DNA of 60,983 nucleotides. It comes from Clostridia bacterium (lineage in GTDB: Bacteria; Bacillota; Clostridia; TANB77; CAG-508). The notes under the pieces were generated by a model. It was not told the DNA's origin. It ran no database searches and saw nothing but the letters and a program-made list of their open reading frames with translations. The stretch is from positions 1-60,983 of the forward strand of contig JAFWKV010000042.1 in NCBI GenBank assembly GCA_017511265.1, read 5' to 3'. The stretch's first letter is position 1, and every line of letters starts with the position of its first letter. Below are positions 10,790 to 22,146 of this stretch, in pieces. The translations under genes were made by a program, and so were the position numbers.

Positions 10790-12644
10790 AAAATTAGACA
10801 AAGGTACGGCAAAAAGATTAGCAAAAATTATTCTAAAAAATTATAAAATACACTTAATCTTTGTTGTAATATTTATAATTATCAGCTCAGCAACATCTGT
10901 TGCAAGCTCGCTTTTCCTTGAAAAATTGGTTGATGACTATATTGCACCAATGCTTCAAACAGAAAATCCTATGTTTACGGAGCTTGCTTACGCGTTATTA
11001 ACAATGATTGCAATTTATCTTGCAGGTGTATTGTGCACGTATTTATATAACAGAATTATGATAGTAGTAGGCCAAGGTACATTAAGAGATGTAAGAAATA
11101 AAATGTTTGAAAAAATGCAGAGCCTTCCAATTAGATATTTTGATACTCACTTAAATGGAGACATAATGAGCCATTATACAAATGATATTGACACTTTGAG
11201 AGAGTTAATATCAAGAGGAATACCTCAAATTTTAAACTTAAGTATAACAATAACAATGACATTTGTAGCAATGCTTACTACAAGTTTATACTTGACGGGA
11301 ATAGTTGTTGTAATAACAATACTTATAATTATGGCAATAAAACGTATAACAGGCAATAGTGGTAAATATTTTATGAAACAGCAACAATCACTTGGTAAAG
11401 TTGATGGATATATAGAAGAAATGATTGCAGGGCAAAAAGTTATAAAAGTATTTAATCATGAAGAAGAAGCAAAAAAGAATTTTGAAAAACTAAACACAGA
11501 ATTATTTGAAGATGCCAAAAAAGCCAATTCATACGCTAATATTTTAATGCCAACACTTTCAAACTTAGGAAACCTATTATATGTACTTGTAGGATTTATT
11601 GGAGGAATACTATTCTTTAACAATATTGGAGGAATTACTTTAGGAGTAATTGTTGCCTTTGTTAATTTAAGTAAAAGCTATACAATGCCAATAGCACAAC
11701 TTTCACAACAAGTTAATTCAATAATAATGGCAATGGCTGGTGCAAAAAGAATATTCGACTTAATTGATGAAGAGCCAGAATTTGATGAAGGATATGTAAA
11801 ACTTGTAAATGCGGAAATAAATGGAGAAGAAATAAAAGAAGCAGACCATTATACAGGAAAATGGGCTTGGAAACATTTACATCATGATGGAAGACTAGAA
11901 TATATTGAATTAAAAGGTCACATAGAACTTACTGATGTTGACTTTGGATATGACGAAGGAAAATTGATACTTCACAATATTTCATTATATGCAAAACCAG
12001 GCCAAAAAATTGCATTTGTTGGTGCAACAGGAGCAGGAAAGACAACAATTACCAACTTAATTAACAGGTTTTATGACATAGAAGATGGAAAAATCAGATA
12101 TGACGGAATAAATATTAACAAAATAAATAAAAAAGACTTAAGAAAATCTTTAGGAATGGTATTACAAGATGTTTATTTATTTACAGGAACTATAAGAGAC
12201 AATATTAGATATGGAAAAGAAGATGCAACAGATGAAGAAATAACTGAGGCAGCAAAACTTGCAAATGCGCATAATTTTATAATGAATTTACCACAAGGAT
12301 ATGATACTATTATTGATGGAAGCGGAAGTAGCTTATCACAAGGACAAAAACAATTACTTTCAATTGCAAGAGCAGCAATTAACAATCCACCTGTTATGAT
12401 ATTAGATGAGGCAACTTCAAGTATAGATACAAGAACAGAAAAGATTGTTCAAGATGGTATGGATAAGCTTATGGAAGGAAGAACTGTATTTGTTATTGCT
12501 CATAGACTTTCAACTGTTAGAAATTCAAAGGCTATTATAGTGCTTGACAATGGACGCATTATTGAAAGAGGAGAACATGATGAATTAATTGCTCAAAAAG
12601 GTATGTACTATAGATTATATACTGGTGCTTTTGAATTAGAATAA
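10782..12644 (+). CDS. ABC exporter, fused TMD-NBD subunit 2 (heterodimer partner)
   Basis: GATGAGKT, LSQGQKQ, ILDEATS, AHRL; ATG at 10782 overlaps the upstream stop. Confidence 0.92.
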   Translation: MRRKLDKGTAKRLAKIILKNYKIHLIFVVIFIIISSATSVASSLFLEKLVDDYIAPMLQTENPMFTELAYALLTMIAIYLAGVLCTYLYNRIMIVVGQGTLRDVRNKMFEKMQSLPIRYFDTHLNGDIMSHYTNDIDTLRELISRGIPQILNLSITITMTFVAMLTTSLYLTGIVVVITILIIMAIKRITGNSGKYFMKQQQSLGKVDGYIEEMIAGQKVIKVFNHEEEAKKNFEKLNTELFEDAKKANSYANILMPTLSNLGNLLYVLVGFIGGILFFNNIGGITLGVIVAFVNLSKSYTMPIAQLSQQVNSIIMAMAGAKRIFDLIDEEPEFDEGYVKLVNAEINGEEIKEADHYTGKWAWKHLHHDGRLEYIELKGHIELTDVDFGYDEGKLILHNISLYAKPGQKIAFVGATGAGKTTITNLINRFYDIEDGKIRYDGININKINKKDLRKSLGMVLQDVYLFTGTIRDNIRYGKEDATDEEITEAAKLANAHNFIMNLPQGYDTIIDGSGSSLSQGQKQLLSIARAAINNPPVMILDEATSSIDTRTEKIVQDGMDKLMEGRTVFVIAHRLSTVRNSKAIIVLDNGRIIERGEHDELIAQKGMYYRLYTGAFELE

Positions 12645-12707
12645 TGATTTTGTAGAAGTTCTTAGCCGTATCATCTTTGATGCAGATGAAAAAAATCAAT
12701 ACTTTTA

Positions 12708-12753
12708 TCTAAAAAGGAAATAATCAATAGGTTTTGATTATTTCCTTTTTAGA
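12708..12753. terminator. bidirectional intrinsic terminator
   Basis: TCTAAAAAGGAAATAATCAA-loop-TTGATTATTTCCTTTTTAGA between convergent genes. Confidence 0.75.
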
Positions 12754-12770
12754 AGTGCATGAGTTTGTTG

Positions 12771-13103
12771 CTATTTAACTAGTAATGAAATGGTAAATGT
12801 TAGCGAAAATAGTATAACTATATTAGCCCAATTTTCTAAATTAAGAACTATGCCAGTTATAAATGATGTTAGTAATATAACTAAAAATGCTATAAATAAT
12901 TTATCTTTAAGTATTTCTTTAGATGAAACATTTAAAGTTGTTCTGACAAAAATTCCTAATCCCCATCCAATGCTAAATAAAATAGCCCTTTCTAACCAGT
13001 ATTCAAAGTGCATTAATTGTTTATAAATAACAGATGTACACATGAAATTTATTACAGTGCACAACAAAGAATATATATACCGGTTATTTAAATACTTACT
13101 CAT
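12771..13103 (-). CDS. hypothetical multi-TM membrane protein (in-frame CGG at codon 8)
   Basis: About four hydrophobic segments, RBS AGGAAGG, promoter TTGACT-N17-TACAAT at 13205-13177. Confidence 0.7.
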   Translation of the reverse strand: MSKYLNNRYIYSLLCTVINFMCTSVIYKQLMHFEYWLERAILFSIGWGLGIFVRTTLNVSSKEILKDKLFIAFLVILLTSFITGIVLNLENWANIVILFSLTFTISLLVK

Positions 13104-13263
13104 AGCAAATCCTTCCTACTATTAATTAATAATGCAGAAAAATACGTTAGGCATTATTGCCTAATTTAATAATGATATTGTAATATAAATTTACATAAAA
13201 GTCAATATATGAAGCTAAATAGTAACCTTATACCAAAATAATTAAATTAATTTATTAAAGCAC

Positions 13264-13309
13264 TTGATATTTTTTATGACGTGTAATATAATTGTAACAC
13301 AATTGTAAA
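13264..13309 (+). promoter_or_regulatory. mreB sigma-A promoter overlapped by three TGTWAH-N5 direct repeats (WalR-like boxes)
   Basis: TTGATA-N17-TATAAT (13264-13292); TGTAAT-N5-TGTAAC-N5-TGTAAA (13282-13309). Confidence 0.6.
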
Positions 13310-13357
13310 AAAAACGTCATATTATTTTGCGTATATATAAAGAAGGGAAGAAAAACA

Positions 13358-14374
13358 ATGTTTAAGTTTAAATTCGGCTTCGGACAAGATATAGGAATAG
13401 ATTTAGGTACTGCAACAGTTATTGCTTATGTAAAAGGCAAAGGAATAGTACTGAGAGAACCATCTGTTGTAGCAGTAGACAACAATACAGGAGATGTATT
13501 AGCAGTAGGAGGAGAGGCAAGAAGAATGCTTGGTAGAACACCAGGAAACATAGTTGCTACAAGACCTTTAAGAGATGGAGTAATATCAGATTATACAATT
13601 ACTGAAAAAATGTTAAAATATTTTATACAAAAAGTTGGAGGAAAATCTATATTTGCACCAAGAATAATGATATGTATACCTTCACAAGTAACAGAGGTTG
13701 AAAAAAAAGCTGTAATTGATGCAGCATCGCAAGCAGGAGCACGTAGAGTATATTTAATAGAAGAACCAATAGCTGCAGCTATTGGAGCAGGAATAGATAT
13801 TTCGAAGCCATGTGGAAATATGGTTGTAGATATAGGAGGAGGAACAACAGATATAGCAGTAATTTCACTAGGGGGATCAGTAGTTAGCGCATCACTAAAG
13901 GTTGCTGGTGATAAATTTGATGAAGCAATAGTAAAATATGTAAAAAGAAAGCATAACATAATGATAGGAGAAAGAACAGCAGAAGATTTAAAAATTAGCA
14001 TAGGATGTGTGTATCCAAAGATTCAAGATATGGAAATGGATGTAAGAGGAAGACATTTAGGAACAGGACTACCAGTTACAATTACAATGCATTCAAGTGA
14101 AATGATGGAAGCATTATTAGAGCCTGCATTGCAAATTGTAGACACAGTACATTCAGTTTTAGAAAAAACACCGCCAGAACTTGCTGCAGATATTAGCGAT
14201 AAAGGTATCTATATGACAGGTGGAGGATGCTTAGTTGATGGATTAGATAAGCTTTTACAAGAAAAACTTGGAATAAATGTAATGATAGCTCAAGACACTG
14301 TATCATGTGTAGCACTTGGAACGGGTAAGGCTTTAGATAATTTAGATATATTGGATAGTAAGGCAAGAGCCTAA
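13358..14374 (+). CDS. mreB: rod shape-determining actin homologue, MreB/Mbl family
   Basis: DIGIDLGTA, EPSVVA, RPLRDGVI, VDIGGGTTD, TPPELAADI. Confidence 0.93.
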   Translation: MFKFKFGFGQDIGIDLGTATVIAYVKGKGIVLREPSVVAVDNNTGDVLAVGGEARRMLGRTPGNIVATRPLRDGVISDYTITEKMLKYFIQKVGGKSIFAPRIMICIPSQVTEVEKKAVIDAASQAGARRVYLIEEPIAAAIGAGIDISKPCGNMVVDIGGGTTDIAVISLGGSVVSASLKVAGDKFDEAIVKYVKRKHNIMIGERTAEDLKISIGCVYPKIQDMEMDVRGRHLGTGLPVTITMHSSEMMEALLEPALQIVDTVHSVLEKTPPELAADISDKGIYMTGGGCLVDGLDKLLQEKLGINVMIAQDTVSCVALGTGKALDNLDILDSKARA

Positions 14375-14402
14375 AAATATAATAATCTAACATATAGTGA
14401 AA

Positions 14403-14568
14403 TTTAGATGTTAACAGAATAATTATATAAATAAAGAAAATCTGCGTAAGCGATCAAACGAACGTAGTGAGTGCGATTGGAGCAAGCTACAGACTAGTTC
14501 TTTAAATTTGTAGCTTGCGACACACAAAGATTTTCGTATTTATATAATTATTCTGTTAACATTTAAAA
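14403..14568 (-). repeat. Family-B palindromic element, copy 1 (reverse orientation)
   Basis: Core is the reverse complement of the cores at 21230-21352 and 34679-34800; arms ATGTTAACAGAATAATTATATAAATA / TATTTATATAATTATTCTGTTAACAT. Confidence 0.9.
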
Positions 14569-14594
14569 TGACTATATAATGAAAGGAATATAAA

Positions 14595-15884
14595 ATGAAA
14601 ACAGTAAGTTTTTACACATTAGGATGCAAAGTAAACCAATATGAAACAAATGCTATGGCACAGAAATTCACAGATGCAGGGTACAAAATAGTTCATGAAG
14701 AAGAAAATGCAGACATAGCAATAGTAAATACTTGTACAGTAACAAATATGTCAGACAGAAAATCGAGGCAACTATTGCGTAGAATAAAACGCTTAAATTC
14801 AAATACTATAGTTATTGCAGTAGGATGTTACGTACAAGTTGCAAGACATAAAGTAGAGAAAATTCCTGAAATAGACTTAGTTTTAGGAAATAATGAAAAA
14901 CAAAATATTGTAGAATATGTAGAAAAATATATAAATGATCATAACAATTTAAATGAAGTGACAGATGTAATGCACAAAAAAGAATTTGTTGATTTAGGAA
15001 TTATAACATATACTGAACAAACAAGAGCGGTCATAAAAATTCAAGATGGATGTGATAGATTCTGCTCATACTGTATTATTCCATATGCACGTGGACGTGT
15101 ACGTAGTAGAAAACCAGAAAGTATAATAGAAGAAGCAAAAAAACAAGTAGAACAAGGCTTGCAAGAAATTGTAATAACTGGAATACATGTAGCTTCATAT
15201 GGAAAAGATTTCGACGAAGATTACAAATTAATAGATTTATTAGAAAACTTAAACAAAATAGAAGGACTAAAAAGAATAAGACTTAGCTCAATAGAGCCAA
15301 TGATAATTACAGATGAGTTTATAAAAAGACTTAGTAAACTAGAAAAAATATGCCACCACTTTCATTTATCACTTCAAAGTGGGTGTGATGAAACTCTAAA
15401 GAGAATGAATAGAAAATATACAACTGCAGAGTTTATGGGAGTTGTAAAAAGGTTAAGAAGAGAGTATGAAGACGTAATTCTTACAACCGACATAATAGTA
15501 GGTTTCCCTGGGGAAACTGAAGAAGAGTTTGAAACAACATATAATTTCTTAAAAGAAGTAAAATTCTATAAAATGCATGTATTTAAATATTCACAAAGAG
15601 AAGGCACAAAGGCCGCAGTGATGCCAGAGCAAATTGATGGCAAAGTCAAAGAGGAAAGAAGCCAAAGGTTAATAAAACTTTCAAACCAGAATCAAAAAGA
15701 ATATAATGGACAATACATTGGAAAAGAAGTTGAGGTGCTATTTGAGGAAAGAGAAGGCAAATACTACAAAGGTCATACTGCAAATTATATTATGGTGAAA
15801 TTCGAAACAGAAAAGGAGTTAGAAAATTGTATAAAGACAGTTCAAGTGAATGACCAAGAAGAAGATTATTTAATAGCAAAATGA
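14595..15884 (+). CDS. mtaB: tRNA t6A37 methylthiotransferase (radical SAM)
   Basis: TLGCKVNQYE, NTCTVT, IQDGCDRFCSYCIIP. Confidence 0.93.
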   Translation: MKTVSFYTLGCKVNQYETNAMAQKFTDAGYKIVHEEENADIAIVNTCTVTNMSDRKSRQLLRRIKRLNSNTIVIAVGCYVQVARHKVEKIPEIDLVLGNNEKQNIVEYVEKYINDHNNLNEVTDVMHKKEFVDLGIITYTEQTRAVIKIQDGCDRFCSYCIIPYARGRVRSRKPESIIEEAKKQVEQGLQEIVITGIHVASYGKDFDEDYKLIDLLENLNKIEGLKRIRLSSIEPMIITDEFIKRLSKLEKICHHFHLSLQSGCDETLKRMNRKYTTAEFMGVVKRLRREYEDVILTTDIIVGFPGETEEEFETTYNFLKEVKFYKMHVFKYSQREGTKAAVMPEQIDGKVKEERSQRLIKLSNQNQKEYNGQYIGKEVEVLFEEREGKYYKGHTANYIMVKFETEKELENCIKTVQVNDQEEDYLIAK

Positions 15885-15887
15885 TAG

Positions 15888-18005
<2,118 letters not shown>

Positions 18006-18017
18006 AGGAGCTAAATA

Positions 18018-18257
18018 ATGGAAAATTATACATTTGAAGATATGTATGTAGACTTAAGAAATGGATATCAAATTTATTATACGTATGTTCGAAATAGATA
18101 TGTTCTTTTTCGAACAGCTAAAAATTGCTATACACAAAAATTGTTAAGTACTAATCCAAAAAATCCACAACCGAAAATGTCAATGCTTACATTAAAAAGA
18201 GTTAAAGAAATTTTTCCGCATATGGAAGATATTGAGTATCGTTTGGAGGTGCTTTAA
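18018..18257 (+). CDS. hypothetical protein (79 aa)
   Basis: RBS AAGGAG, operonic with ligA. Confidence 0.75.
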   Translation: MENYTFEDMYVDLRNGYQIYYTYVRNRYVLFRTAKNCYTQKLLSTNPKNPQPKMSMLTLKRVKEIFPHMEDIEYRLEVL

Positions 18258-18258
18258 T

Positions 18259-19359
18259 ATAGAAAAATTTATTATATCTTATTACTTAATAATGCTTACT
18301 ATAATAATTTATATGATTAAAAAATACAAAAAAAACAAACTATATTCTTACGAGAATGCAAGACTATTAGGAGCAATAATTTTTATTAGCTTAGTGTTTA
18401 TTTTTGATATATGCTTGACTGGATATGATTATTTTTACGGTTATAACAAATCATTATATCAACTTATAGAAGGGATACAAGATGATATTTATATTGTTTT
18501 AATTTTAATATTGCCATTTGCTTTTATTGTAACAATATTGGCAATGATAAGCAATTTAAAACTAATGAAAAAGGAAGGAAAAGGCTGGAAAAATATGCTA
18601 GGCATAATTCTAGGAGGTTTTATTTGCTTATCAACTATTAGTGTTATTATAGGCAAAGCGTTAACATTTAGTACAAATGCTTTTGAAGTAACAATAACTG
18701 ATTATTTTTTTAATGCTATTGTTATGTTTATTATATATCTTGAATGTATCCTTGTGGGAAACTGCATTTTAGGAATAAAAGCAGCGAAAAATATTCCAAA
18801 ATTTGATAAAGATTGTATCATAATTTTAGGATGCAGAGTAAAAAAAGATGGTGATTTAAGCAATTTGCTAAAAGGACGAGTTGATAGAGCAATTGAATTT
18901 AGTCAAATGCAAAAGCAAGAAACAGGAAAAGAAATAATATTTGTTCCTTCTGGAGGAAAAGGTGATGACGAACCTATTTCTGAAGCGCAAGCTATGAAAA
19001 ATTATTTGATAAAAAAGGGAATTAATGAAGATAGTATTCTTATTGAAGATAAATCTATAAATACATATGAAAATATTAAGCTTTCTAATAGTCTTATAGA
19101 AAGCAAAATAAAAAACGCAAAAACAGCTTTTGCAACAACTAATTATCATGTTTTTAGAACTATGATAATAGCAAATAATCAAAATTTAAATATAGAAGGA
19201 ATTGGAGCAAAAACAAAAACATATTTCTGGGTTAATGCTTTCATAAGAGAGTACGTAGCTACATTAGTTTCAGAAAAGAAAAAGAATATAAGAATGATGA
19301 TAATAATTATGCTAGGGGTACTATTTTTTTCAATTTTTTCTTATATATCTATGCTTTAA
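18259..19359 (+). CDS. membrane protein with YdcF/DUF218 (ElyC/SanA-like) domain; start uncertain
   Basis: IIILG, SGGKG, SEAQAM, EDKSINTYEN, TTNYHVFR, IREY. Confidence 0.85.
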   Translation: MEKFIISYYLIMLTIIIYMIKKYKKNKLYSYENARLLGAIIFISLVFIFDICLTGYDYFYGYNKSLYQLIEGIQDDIYIVLILILPFAFIVTILAMISNLKLMKKEGKGWKNMLGIILGGFICLSTISVIIGKALTFSTNAFEVTITDYFFNAIVMFIIYLECILVGNCILGIKAAKNIPKFDKDCIIILGCRVKKDGDLSNLLKGRVDRAIEFSQMQKQETGKEIIFVPSGGKGDDEPISEAQAMKNYLIKKGINEDSILIEDKSINTYENIKLSNSLIESKIKNAKTAFATTNYHVFRTMIIANNQNLNIEGIGAKTKTYFWVNAFIREYVATLVSEKKKNIRMMIIIMLGVLFFSIFSYISML

Positions 19360-19420
19360 AAAGCCAATTGAAACAGAATACCATTTAAATGATTTTATTA
19401 TTAATATATGGAGGAAAAAT

Positions 19421-20269
19421 ATGGCAACAATTATAGATGGAAAAGCTTTAGCTCAAAAGATAAGAAGTAATTTAAAAATAGAATGTGATGAACTTAAAAG
19501 TAGAGGGATATTACCCAAATTAGCAGTTATATTAGTTGGAAATGATAGTGCATCTAAAATATATGTTAGAAACAAAAACAGAGCATGTGAAGAAGTAGGA
19601 ATTGAATTTGAAGAATATATCTTAAATTCAGATATAACACAAGATGAACTAATAAATTTAATAAATAGTTTAAACAGTAAAAAAGATGTACATGGAATTT
19701 TATTACAAAGTCCAATACCAAATCATTTAGACATAAACCAAGCCTTTAGAACAATTGCACCAGATAAAGATGTTGATGGATTTAATCCATTAAATGTGGG
19801 CAAATTAACTTTAGGACAGGATACATTTGTTTCATGTACACCTTATGGTGTTATAAAAATGTTTGAAGAATATAATATTGACTTATCAGGAAAAAATTTG
19901 ACAATAATAGGAAGAAGCAATATTGTAGGAAAGCCATTGATACAATGTTGTTTAAACAAAAATGCAACAGTTACTATATGCCATTCAAAAACAAAAGACT
20001 TAAAAGAGCATACGAAAAATGCAGATATAGTAATTTGTGCAATAGGTAAAGCAAAATTTATAACTGAAGATATGATTAAAGAGGGGGCAGTTATAATTGA
20101 TGTTGGGATTAATAGAACTGAAGAAGGTAAGTTAGTAGGCGATGTTGACTTTCAAAATGTAGAGAAAAAGGCAAGTTATATCACACCAGTACCTGGGGGG
20201 GTTGGACCAATGACTATAACTATGCTAATGAATAATGTAATTAAGGCTGCAAAGCAGTTAAATATGTGA
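19421..20269 (+). CDS. folD: methylenetetrahydrofolate dehydrogenase/cyclohydrolase
   Basis: IIDGKALA, KDVDGF, GRSNIVGKP, TPVPGGVGPMT. Confidence 0.97.
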   Translation: MATIIDGKALAQKIRSNLKIECDELKSRGILPKLAVILVGNDSASKIYVRNKNRACEEVGIEFEEYILNSDITQDELINLINSLNSKKDVHGILLQSPIPNHLDINQAFRTIAPDKDVDGFNPLNVGKLTLGQDTFVSCTPYGVIKMFEEYNIDLSGKNLTIIGRSNIVGKPLIQCCLNKNATVTICHSKTKDLKEHTKNADIVICAIGKAKFITEDMIKEGAVIIDVGINRTEEGKLVGDVDFQNVEKKASYITPVPGGVGPMTITMLMNNVIKAAKQLNM

Positions 20270-20302
20270 TTATAAATTTAGGGGCATTTATATAATGCTC
20301 CT

Positions 20303-20528
20303 TTTTTGAAGGGTTGTCAATGGGGACGGTTCTAATTGACAACTTATCAAAAAATTATATTATTTCGCCTAAGTGTTGATATATAAATATATTTTGAACA
20401 AAACATAGCTAGGGTCTACCTAAGGGTCTTGTTCTAGCAATATATTTATATATCAACACTTGGGCTACTCTATAAAATTAATAGTAAGTTGTCAATTAGA
20501 ACCGTCCCCATTGACAACCCTTCAAAAA
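20303..20528. repeat. nested element: Family-A arms (44-bp perfect IR) enclosing a Family-D hairpin (20367-20465)
   Basis: TTTTTGAAGGGTTGTCAATGGGGACGGTTCTAATTGACAACTTA and its exact reverse complement at 20485-20528; inner IR AAGTGTTGATATATAAATATATT / AATATATTTATATATCAACACTT. Confidence 0.9.
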
Positions 20529-20543
20529 GAGAAAGGATAAAAA

Positions 20544-21191
20544 ATGGAAATTAAATTTGAAATAATAACAATAAATGATAGATGCTTTCCAGAGCAACTA
20601 AAAACGATTTATGATGCACCTAAAAAACTGTATGTAAGAGGAAATAAAGAAATTTTAGGTAATCTTGGGATTGCGATTGTGGGATGTAGGGATAATACAA
20701 AGTATGGAGAGTTAATAGCCAAAAATTTAGGCTATAATTTAGCCAAACAGAAAATAAATGTTATAAGTGGATTAGCCAAAGGAATAGACAGTTTTGCACA
20801 TATTGGAGCAATATATGCAAAAGGAAAAACAATAGCCGTATTAGGTAATGGAATAGATACAGTTTATCCAAGAGAGAATGAGACAATTTCAAAAAAGATA
20901 ATAGAATATGGAGGCTGCATAGTTTCAGAATATCCGCCAAAAGCAAAAATAGAAAAGAAAAATTTCCCAGCAAGGAATAGAATTATTAGTGGATTAAGCC
21001 AAGGTGTGATTATAGTTGAAGCTAAAGAAAAAAGTGGTGCACTTATTACTGCGGATTTTGCTTTAGAACAGGGAAAAGACGTTTTCGCCGTGCCAGGACC
21101 AATTACTTCAAAGCACTCTATTGGAACAAATGAACTTATAAAGCAAGGAGCAATTCCTATTACAAATTATAAGGATGTGCTAATTAATTAA
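20544..21191 (+). CDS. dprA: DNA-processing protein DprA (core domain only, 215 aa)
   Basis: AIVGCR, SGLAKGID, FPARNRIISGLS, VEAKEKSGALIT. Confidence 0.93.
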   Translation: MEIKFEIITINDRCFPEQLKTIYDAPKKLYVRGNKEILGNLGIAIVGCRDNTKYGELIAKNLGYNLAKQKINVISGLAKGIDSFAHIGAIYAKGKTIAVLGNGIDTVYPRENETISKKIIEYGGCIVSEYPPKAKIEKKNFPARNRIISGLSQGVIIVEAKEKSGALITADFALEQGKDVFAVPGPITSKHSIGTNELIKQGAIPITNYKDVLIN

Positions 21192-21404
21192 AGATTAATT
21201 TAGTTTATATATTAGTTTGAAATTATACATATATAAATACGAAAATCTTTGTGTGTCGCAAGCTACGAATGCAAAATACTAGTCTGTAGCTTGCTCCAAT
21301 CGCACTCGCTACGCTCGTTTGGTCGCTTACGCAGATTTTCTTTATTTATATATGTATATTTCAAACTTTTTAGAAATTAAATATAAATCTTTAATTAATT
21401 AGCA
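21178..21404 (+). repeat. Family-B palindromic element, copy 2
   Basis: Core ACGAAAATCTTTGTGTGTCGCAAGCTAC...GTAGCTTGC...CGCTTACGCAGATTTTC; outer IR TGCTAATTAATTAAAGATT / AATCTTTAATTAATTAGCA includes the dprA stop. Confidence 0.9.
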
Positions 21405-21408
21405 TAAT

Positions 21409-21437
21409 GTATAATTTGCAATTAAATTGCATAAAAT
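21409..21437 (+). promoter_or_regulatory. putative sigma-E promoter for yaaL-bofA
   Basis: GTATAAT-N14-CATAAAAT resembles the sigma-E consensus; bofA is sigma-E dependent in Bacillus. Confidence 0.45.
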
Positions 21438-21464
21438 AGTATAAAACTTTTTAAGGAGACGTGT

Positions 21465-21752
21465 ATGCAAGAAGAATTTATAAAAGATAGAAAAATAATA
21501 GATAAAACAGATGTAGAAAAAGAAATAGAATTAGTTAGAAACATAATAGCTGTAAAGAAAGAACTAAAAGCGGCAAATGAAAATTTTGAATTTGTAGAAG
21601 ACGAATTAATAGATTACTATACCTATAAAATAAAAGCAAACCAATCAAAACTAAATTATTTAATACGTCAAGCAAAAATAAAAGGAATAACCATAGACAT
21701 GATAAACCAAATAAAAATCAAACTATATAATGAAGAACTAGATGCTGGATAA
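21465..21752 (+). CDS. yaaL: YaaL/DUF2508 family protein
   Basis: ANENFEFV..ELIDYYTYKIKA...YLIRQAK; synteny with bofA. Confidence 0.8.
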   Translation: MQEEFIKDRKIIDKTDVEKEIELVRNIIAVKKELKAANENFEFVEDELIDYYTYKIKANQSKLNYLIRQAKIKGITIDMINQIKIKLYNEELDAG

Positions 21753-21823
21753 GAATATTTGTCCCAATATAATCATAAAGATAGTAATAGAAATTATTAC
21801 TATCTTTTTTGAGGTGATTAAAC

Positions 21824-22085
21824 TTGGAGCAAAATATAATAACATATTTAGCATGCATTTGCTTTATTTTTTTGGTAGGCAGAATATTTATAGTACCAAT
21901 AAAAACAATTTTAAAATTAATACTTAATTCTATTTTAGGAGGAATACTTATATATATTATAAATCTTATAGGTGCAAGTTATGGATTTCATATAGGCATA
22001 AATTTCGTGACAACAATATGTATAGGTATTCTTGGAGTACCGGGTGCAATTCTATTAATTGTGTTAAAATTGTTAATACGGCTGA
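21824..22085 (+). CDS. bofA: pro-sigmaK processing inhibitor BofA; probable end is ATA-C-GGC-TGA after a +1 shift (0-frame end would be 22117)
   Basis: NSILGGILIYIIN, HIGIN, GILGVPG; TTG after GAGGTGA; 86 aa if CGGC is read as Gly. Confidence 0.85.
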
Positions 22086-22088
22086 AAC

Positions 22089-22118
22089 TTGACTTTTTTT
22101 ATAAGTGTATAATATAAT
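22089..22118 (+). promoter_or_regulatory. sigma-A promoter of glmS
   Basis: TTGACT-N18-TATAAT, 28 nt before the ATG. Confidence 0.55.
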
Positions 22119-22146
22119 AAGACTATTAAAAGGAGGTTGATTAAAT

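Noticed and set aside
20511-20543. TTGACA in Family-A arms as portable -35 promoters
   Set aside because: No properly spaced -10 hexamer follows at 20511 or 56698, and only a weak one follows at 32913.
22086-22146. glmS ribozyme upstream of glmS
   Set aside because: Only ~60 nt separate bofA from glmS, and they are filled by a promoter and RBS.
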